The notes beneath the pieces were generated by a model. That model was not told the origin of the DNA and searched no databases. It saw only the letters and a program-made list of their open reading frames with translations. This document shows positions 58,591 to 64,000 of a DNA stretch of 64,000 bases, in pieces; the stretch's first letter is position 1, and the number at the start of each line of letters is the position of its first letter. The stretch comes from Fimbriimonadales bacterium (GTDB lineage Bacteria > Armatimonadota > Fimbriimonadia > Fimbriimonadales > ATM1). The translations under genes and the position numbers were made by a program. The DNA lies in NCBI GenBank assembly GCA_051003155.1, contig JBPCLO010000051.1, positions 32,001-96,000 of the forward strand. Reading direction: 5' to 3'.

Positions 58591-59046
58591 CTAAGCGATT
58601 GGCGTGTAGATTTCCGTGCGAACTTCCGCTTCGGGCTTCGAGCCTGGGTCGTCGACGTAGACTTCGAACGGCGCGCCTCCGACTTTATAGCCCTGATCGT
58701 TGAACCAGGCGAAGAGCTTTTGATAGCTGTCCTGGAGCCCGTCGTATGAGCCCATATGAGTAGCATGGACAGCTTTGCACCCGTCGAGGGTTCCTGAAAC
58801 GATCTCGCCGTTGCCCGGCAAGGGGATCCACGTGGTAACGCCGCCTTCGACCGTGCAATCCGTCTCGCCCCAGTCGGGATATCGGCCGAAGGGAGGCGCC
58901 CCGGGCTGCCCCTGCTCGGTAATGTATTGGAAGACCTTCGGCAAAAGCTCCATGTAAAATTCGCCGAGCTGGTTCTGCGAAATCGTCCTGCGGATGAACA
59001 CGCACGGTTGCTCCGGAACGTCGACGATTTCGTATACACCGCTCAT
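58591..59046 (-). CDS. GyrI-like small-molecule-binding protein
   Basis: GAPPFGRY, H.GSYDGL...Y..L..W, PFEVYVDDP, TEIY.P. Confidence 0.88.
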   Translation of the reverse strand: MSGVYEIVDVPEQPCVFIRRTISQNQLGEFYMELLPKVFQYITEQGQPGAPPFGRYPDWGETDCTVEGGVTTWIPLPGNGEIVSGTLDGCKAVHATHMGSYDGLQDSYQKLFAWFNDQGYKVGGAPFEVYVDDPGSKPEAEVRTEIYTPIA

Positions 59047-59067
59047 GCGCCGAGGATACTCAAGAAA

Positions 59068-59143
59068 TGGCGCGCCCGAAGGGATTCGAACCCCCGACTT
59101 CCTCCTCCGGAGGGAGGCGCTCTATCCGCTGAGCTACGGGCGC
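59068..59143 (-). tRNA. tRNA-Arg (CCG)
   Basis: GCGCCCG...CGGGCGC-G-CCA cloverleaf; anticodon loop CTCCGGA. Confidence 0.95.
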
Positions 59144-59184
59144 GCGCGGCTCCAATTATGACAGCCTGGGCGTAAGATATATGT

Positions 59185-59391
59185 ATGTCACACGAACGCA
59201 AGAAAGACGGCAAACGCAAAGACAAGAAAGTGGCCAAGATGAGAGAAGGCGAAGAAATCAGGCACGAAAACGCTCAGGAAAAGAAGCCGTCCACCGATGA
59301 GAAGGACATCATCACTTATAAGCCAGGGCGAACAGGCGACCACAACGTCGATCCCCAGGTGATAGCGAATCGAGGCAAGGGGCCTAAGTAG
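59185..59391 (+). CDS. Small hydrophilic hypothetical protein
   Basis: 68-aa ORF filling the gap; TAAGAT 6 nt upstream of the ATG. Confidence 0.5.
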   Translation: MSHERKKDGKRKDKKVAKMREGEEIRHENAQEKKPSTDEKDIITYKPGRTGDHNVDPQVIANRGKGPK

Positions 59392-59980
59392 TCCCGGGCG
59401 GTCCGCTCAGCCCCGAAACAACGTTCCTAAGGAACGCGATTAGCTTGGGGATTATGATGATCGAAGCGATGACCGCGATGACGACGAGGCCAATCAGAAT
59501 CGCCGGACAGTAAGCAGCGAGCGCGATCGCGCCGACCGCGACGCCGTCCTCCATCAGGCTCGCCGTGATGTTCGAAAACGGCTCCGGGCTCGTGTTGATC
59601 GCCGCTCGTGTCATGGATTTCGTGCCGTGCGAACTCGCCGCAATTCCGCCGCCCAAGAGGAACGCGATTCCTTGCACGACGGCATCGTAATTTCCGAATG
59701 CTGCCAGAGCCAGGGCCGCCCCGGCCGGAATGCGGATGAACGTGTGAACCGTATCCCACAAGCTGTCGATCAACGGAAGCTTGTCGGCGAGAAACTCGAT
59801 CACGAAGAGAATCGATGCGGCGCCAATGACCCACCAGCTGGTCAAGAACTCGAGACTTCCAGGCAGTTGCAACTGGCCGAACCTACTCAGAAGCCCGAGC
59901 ATTGCGACACCCGCGTAGAGCTTGATGCCCGACACCCAAGAGGCGCCCATAGCTACCGCCAGCGTGTGCTCAAAGCCCAT
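59384..59980 (-). CDS. DUF4126-family membrane protein
   Basis: SG..LYA, EFLADK.P..DS.WD..HTFIRIPAGA, NTSPEPFSN...SL.ED. Confidence 0.88.
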   Translation of the reverse strand: MGFEHTLAVAMGASWVSGIKLYAGVAMLGLLSRFGQLQLPGSLEFLTSWWVIGAASILFVIEFLADKLPLIDSLWDTVHTFIRIPAGAALALAAFGNYDAVVQGIAFLLGGGIAASSHGTKSMTRAAINTSPEPFSNITASLMEDGVAVGAIALAAYCPAILIGLVVIAVIASIIIIPKLIAFLRNVVSGLSGPPGTT

Positions 59981-60089
59981 CTCAACGTTAACGACGTGGC
60001 TCTCACGCAGGTTGCCGAGGAATTTTTATCCGACACCGTATCGAACCCATCGAATAGCGTAGTTGTAAGAAGATGTAGCGTCAGCGTCG

Positions 60090-60788
60090 TTAGAGGCTTG
60101 GCCAGCAACCCCCGAAGACGTTTGTAGTCCGCTTGAAGCGCGATCGCACGGCTAGCACGCCCGCAGCCAGGGCTCTGGCCATGATGCGCCTGTTGCGATT
60201 TTGGGCCATCCAATTTGCGTCGTTCTTGCTCGTGAGAAAGGCCATTTCGACTAGGATGGACGGCGCCTCGCTGTAGATCGAGCCTGTGAGCGCGCCCTGG
60301 CGAGCGCCGATAAGCGTCTGCTCGTCGCCCCTTAATCCGTTGTTTTTCAAACGGCCCTTTAATCGGGTCGAGAACGCCGCGAAGAAGGCCTTCGCAGCAG
60401 CCGCAGTCTTTCGGAGAATGGTGTTGCTCGGTCCTAGGACGCCGTTCACGACACCCGCCCTGCGCGCATAGTAAACCGTGAAGCCGGACCCGCCGCCCGC
60501 ATCGGCATGGAGACGGAGCATGAGGTCTGCCTTCGCCCGGTTCGCGATCTCGGCCCTTTCGCGATTGGTGACGAACTCCATTTCGCGGCTCTTTGTCAAG
60601 ACAACGCGAACCCCATCGTCGGCGAGTTCTTTCTTGAGAAGATTGGCTATCTCCCACACGACGGCGACCTCGCGGAGCCCGTTGACTATCGCGTTTCCGC
60701 TGCTATTTTCACTCGGATGCCCGGGATCGATGCAAAGGATGAAGGCCGGCGCGGCGAGTACGGTGTAGAGGAGGAGCGTAAGCGGCAC
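60090..60788 (-). CDS. N-acetylmuramoyl-L-alanine amidase (Amidase_3)
   Basis: CIDPGH, E, V.LT, RA.IAN...ADL.L.LHAD, PSILVEM.FL; GTG start just downstream of tRNA-Gly. Confidence 0.9.
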   Translation of the reverse strand: MPLTLLLYTVLAAPAFILCIDPGHPSENSSGNAIVNGLREVAVVWEIANLLKKELADDGVRVVLTKSREMEFVTNRERAEIANRAKADLMLRLHADAGGGSGFTVYYARRAGVVNGVLGPSNTILRKTAAAAKAFFAAFSTRLKGRLKNNGLRGDEQTLIGARQGALTGSIYSEAPSILVEMAFLTSKNDANWMAQNRNRRIMARALAAGVLAVRSRFKRTTNVFGGCWPSL

Positions 60789-60799
60789 GGCGTTAAAAG

Positions 60800-60874
60800 T
60801 GGAGCGGGCGACGGGGGTCGAACCCGCGACATTCTGCTTGGGAAGCAGATGCTCTACCACTGAGCTACACCCGC
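60800..60874 (-). tRNA. tRNA-Gly (CCC)
   Basis: GCGGGTG...CGCCCGC-T-CCA cloverleaf; anticodon loop TTCCCAA. Confidence 0.95.
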
Positions 60875-60885
60875 TCGAATTGAAC

Positions 60886-61882
60886 CTACGCTTCTGTTCC
60901 GGTTTGTACGCCCACTGTACGCCCATCACTGAGTAGACAGTCGTGCCACTTTTGGAGCCATTCGCGCATCGTCTCCGATGTTACCCGGACGTAAATGTCG
61001 GTCACCGAGCGCGGACGGTGCCCGAGAAGGGCTGCCGTTACTGCGCGTGGGCATCCAATGGATTCGATCCCCGTTGCGAAGGCGTGGCGCATGGTGTGGA
61101 GCGTGACGCCGGCGGGCAGCACAAGCGGCAGGTAGCGGGTCAGCGTGGCGCGGCTGACCTCCGGGGCGTCCTCGAGCGCGTGGCCCCAATGGGCGCTAAC
61201 CGGCAGGACGCGCCGCGACGATAGAGTTTTGAGCGGGGCCTTATGGCCCGACTCGTTCAGCTGGTGTTCGACGTGGACGGCGTCAGGGGCGATCCTGCAC
61301 GCCATGAGCTCGCCGCGCCTCAGCCCCAGCGTGGCCGCAAGGTAGACGGCGCGGTATACGGCGCTGCCCTGCGCGGCTTCGATGATGGAGCGCAGTTCGG
61401 GTATCCCCAGGAGGCTCTATGGGCTGGACGCGCACAGGGGGCAGCCTGACGGCCTTTATCGGGTTCTTTGAAATGATCTCGTCGACTTCGGCGAGTGCGA
61501 ATACGGCATGAAGCACTTTGCGCAGGTGCCCGACGCTCGAGTGGGACAGTTCGGAGAGCTTCTGCGTGAGGAACGATTGGAGAATATGCCGGTCGATGGA
61601 GGCGATGCGCAGCTTGCCGAATCTGGGGGTTAGGTGCTTATCGAGCGCCCAGGCGACTTGCTGCCGCCATTTTTGAGAATGCTGGATCAGCGTCGGCGCG
61701 TAGACGAGGAGGGCGAACTGTTCAAACGTCGGGGTTTTCGACGAGTTCCAGTTTTGGCCCGTTGCTGCGTCGGCCAGTAGCTCGGCGGCGCTTTCGGTCT
61801 GGGCATAAAAGCTCTTTCGCAGTCCGCCCGGCAGCCGTCTCCTCGCCTCCCAAAGATTCCTCTCTTTCTTGTAGGTAGCCAC
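60886..61882 (-). pseudogene. Tyrosine recombinase/integrase with one frameshift near 61411
   Basis: N-terminal arm and core-binding region in one frame; GLRRGE, PLKT, HTMRH, LLGH, DIY catalytic motifs in the next; 997 nt = 3n+1. Confidence 0.88.
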
Positions 61883-62066
61883 GGATGTATTCCGAGTGCA
61901 ACTCTACCCATTCAGCGAGTTTGGCAACGGGGACGCGGCGGGTCCGCGCCCCGATGGTGAGCACGGGGAAGCCGGGCGTACGCATGAGGGCTCGCGCCTG
62001 CTCCGCCGATACCATGAGCATCTCGGCCAAAGCATCGGCGTCGACAGCGAGGGCGTTGGCGGTCAT
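61722..62066 (-). CDS. Excisionase-like helix-turn-helix protein
   Basis: LAEMLMVS...ARALM...GFPVL.IG...RRVPV..L.EW pattern; overlaps the integrase 5' end. Confidence 0.7.
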   Translation of the reverse strand: MTANALAVDADALAEMLMVSAEQARALMRTPGFPVLTIGARTRRVPVAKLAEWVELHSEYIRGYLQEREESLGGEETAAGRTAKELLCPDRKRRRATGRRSNGPKLELVENPDV

Positions 62067-62289
62067 TTCGCGGCCAACTCCCTTAGATCGGCGGCGACCT
62101 TTTTGGGGTCAAACTTGAGTCTTTCGATATAGTAGTGTATTCGCGACTCAAGGTCTTTGAACGCCTTCCAAACTGTCTCGCCGGTCACTTTGCCGGCATC
62201 GCTCAAATGGGGAGCCCGTCGGATGGAGTGTTTACGCTGTGAACTTGATCGGTTATATCGAATTGGAAAGCTAAGATAAAGGAGTTCAC

Positions 62290-63078
62290 ATGATAATGAT
62301 CCAGCCCCTCGCAACGATTCTATTCCTCAGCTTCTCAGGTGGAGCCGATATGTACGACGATGTTCGCGTCATCGCTCGGGACGAAGCCGCGACCGACGGC
62401 TTCGTTTTAGAGTCCGGAGGAGGCGAAAGAACGCCCCTCTTGTTCTATACGGCAGCGGCTCGACGAGCAAGCAATGATGATCTAGACGCATTGGTTTACA
62501 AGGTGGCTAACGACGACCAGGCCGACGTTGTTTGGGAGAATATCAAGCCGCAGACAAGAACTCGTTTGCCTAACCAAGGATTCAGCAGCCTTCCGCTGGG
62601 GTCGCTGGCTAGAGCAGGGCGGAGCGAACGTGGAAGCCCCTATGTTCAAGCCACAGACGGTCATATTATTGTCCAGGTGCAAATCAACCTTAGGGAGAAC
62701 CGTCCGCAGGAAACGCAAGAGGGCGACAAGATCACCTCCGAGGGAGTTGCGAGGCGCACGCTTGCGCGCTGCCGTGGGTTGCAGGCACAGTCAGCTCAGA
62801 ACATCAACGTAAACGGCATACCCGTGGGGTCGGTCACCGGGCCGAGAGGCGAGCGGCTCGTCGATCTCGTCGGCTACTGCCAAGCGCGGGGATTGGAACT
62901 CACGACGAACCAGCGCCTCGGAACTGCCAGCTTTACGCAGGGTGGCGAACAGGTCATCATCCCGCTAGCCGCCCTCAAAATCAAAGACGGCCCACGCTGG
63001 ATCGAAACGAGAGACATTTCGCTCATCAAGAACGGGCGCTGGTATGTCTCGTACGAAGGCTTAGAATCGACCCGCTAA
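62290..63078 (+). CDS. Secreted hypothetical protein; C-terminal region resembles the copper amine oxidase N-terminal (stalk) domain
   Basis: AAGGAG RBS, signal-like N-terminus, ...LIKNGRWYVS; island cargo. Confidence 0.6.
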   Translation: MIMIQPLATILFLSFSGGADMYDDVRVIARDEAATDGFVLESGGGERTPLLFYTAAARRASNDDLDALVYKVANDDQADVVWENIKPQTRTRLPNQGFSSLPLGSLARAGRSERGSPYVQATDGHIIVQVQINLRENRPQETQEGDKITSEGVARRTLARCRGLQAQSAQNINVNGIPVGSVTGPRGERLVDLVGYCQARGLELTTNQRLGTASFTQGGEQVIIPLAALKIKDGPRWIETRDISLIKNGRWYVSYEGLESTR

Positions 63079-63081
63079 GCC

Positions 63082-63260
63082 CTATCGCATCCTCGTCGAA
63101 GTCAGAATCTTCTGCTTCATGGCCATGCCCATGACATTCATGTCCATGTGCGCGACGCTGTCCGCTAGGGTAGGTAAGCCGTTGGCAAGGTTCACCTTGA
63201 CCGTCCCGGTGCTCTTCATATAGGAAGAGCTTTTATCGAATCCCACGCTAACGTCTGGCG
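63082..63260 (-). pseudogene. C-terminal gene fragment without a start
   Basis: ...FDKSSSYMKSTGTVKVNLANGLP...MDMNVMGMAMKQKILTSTRMR-stop; an in-frame TAG upstream closes the frame. Confidence 0.4.
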
Positions 63261-63434
63261 GAGTGAGACAGGGCTGGCAAGTTAAGGCGTTCGGAGACTT
63301 GTTCCGCTAAACACACGTCTACAATTCTGTGCGCCCGGCCCTGGGCGTACGACACTCCCCCCGAACCCAACATCCAACCCCGCTAATCCCCAATTTCTAC
63401 CTATTCGCCCGCTTCGGCGTACCTGAGTTTTGAT

Positions 63435-63477
63435 TGCTTGGGAAGCAGATGCTCTGCCACTGAGCTACACCCGCTCG
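63435..63477 (-). repeat. att site: 5' half of tRNA-Gly
   Basis: GCGGGTGTAGCTCAGTGGCAGAGCATCTGCTTCCCAAGCA, then diverges; CATAAT box 10 nt upstream. Confidence 0.9.
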
Positions 63478-63605
63478 TGGCCCCATTATGCAACAGCGGC
63501 CAGGGTGGCTGCCGAATCTTTTGGGAGTGCACCGGCAAGGGCGTGTATGCTCTTGTCCGGAGCCTCTACCCGTGGAAGGGTAGAGGCAGACACAGTCGCG
63601 CGGAG

Positions 63606-63944
63606 TTAGTGGTTGTGGCCGTCGTCCTTGGCGGCAAGGTTCTTGCCTTCCTCGAACTTGGCAGGGTCGGCCTTGAACTGCTCGGGGCAGTCGCCGCAGC
63701 AGAAGTAGTACCGTTTGCCGTTGTGATCCTGGTGGCCGACGGCGCTTTTTTCGTCGGTGGTCGAGCCCATTACCGGGCATACGATCTGGCCGGCGTCGTT
63801 CTTGAAAACGACCGGGGTTGCGGTGGTCGAGTTGTCGGTGCTCGCAGGATCCGTCGACTCGGGGGTGTCGGCTTTCTGGTCGGATGAGCAGCCCGCGAAT
63901 AAAACGGCTAAGGTTACTGCGATAAGCATGAGTGCACTTTTCAT
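63606..63944 (-). CDS. YHS-domain lipoprotein
   Basis: FAGC lipobox, CPVMG, YYFCC..C...F..DP.KF; AGGAG RBS. Confidence 0.85.
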   Translation of the reverse strand: MKSALMLIAVTLAVLFAGCSSDQKADTPESTDPASTDNSTTATPVVFKNDAGQIVCPVMGSTTDEKSAVGHQDHNGKRYYFCCGDCPEQFKADPAKFEEGKNLAAKDDGHNH

Positions 63945-64000
63945 AGAGGTTCTCCTAATTGTACTTACTTTACTGTCCTCTCGGACAATTCGACTGCCGG

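Larger units (their letters stand above)
60835..63477. mobile_element. 2.6-kb integrative mini-island in tRNA-Gly
   Basis: 43-bp direct repeats with 1 mismatch at 60835-60877 and 63435-63477, exactly 2600 bp apart, enclosing integrase and excisionase-like genes. Confidence 0.88.

Noticed and set aside
63435..63477. Second functional tRNA-Gly
   Set aside because: Similarity ends in the anticodon stem, with no T-arm or acceptor 3' strand; it is an att remnant.

Overview
GC-rich bacterial chromosomal segment, mostly housekeeping genes (uvrB, gpmA, nuoM, nuoE, lpxK/lpxL-like LPS cluster, ptrB, panB, nadC, birA, clpB, trpE/trpG, prfB, fabI, hisN, acpS, purN, rnhB, lipB) plus five tRNAs. Gene content and secreted-protein style suggest Armatimonadota (Fimbriimonadales-like); this is an inference, not a database result. 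The window shows a selenocysteine-recoding system that the ORF track hides: tRNA-Sec(UCA), a Sec-type SelD (GAG-U-ASK) and a TlpA/redoxin with U-x-x-C. The most notable element is a signal-peptide-bearing, outer-membrane beta-barrel-like gene (30343-30996) with two in-frame UGA codons in a U-T-G-U motif, followed by two overlapping, mutually exclusive SECIS-like hairpins. Other observations: a 2.6-kb integrase mini-island that duplicates the 5' (not 3') half of tRNA-Gly; a head-to-head deletion scar joining truncated fpg-like and rtcB genes; a degenerate 21-nt-period array; a candidate 6S-like ncRNA; the prfB +1 frameshift; pervasive leaderless-type TAnnnT boxes directly before start codons; and several decayed genes. 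All protein calls come from reading motifs by eye, and all RNA folds were done by hand.
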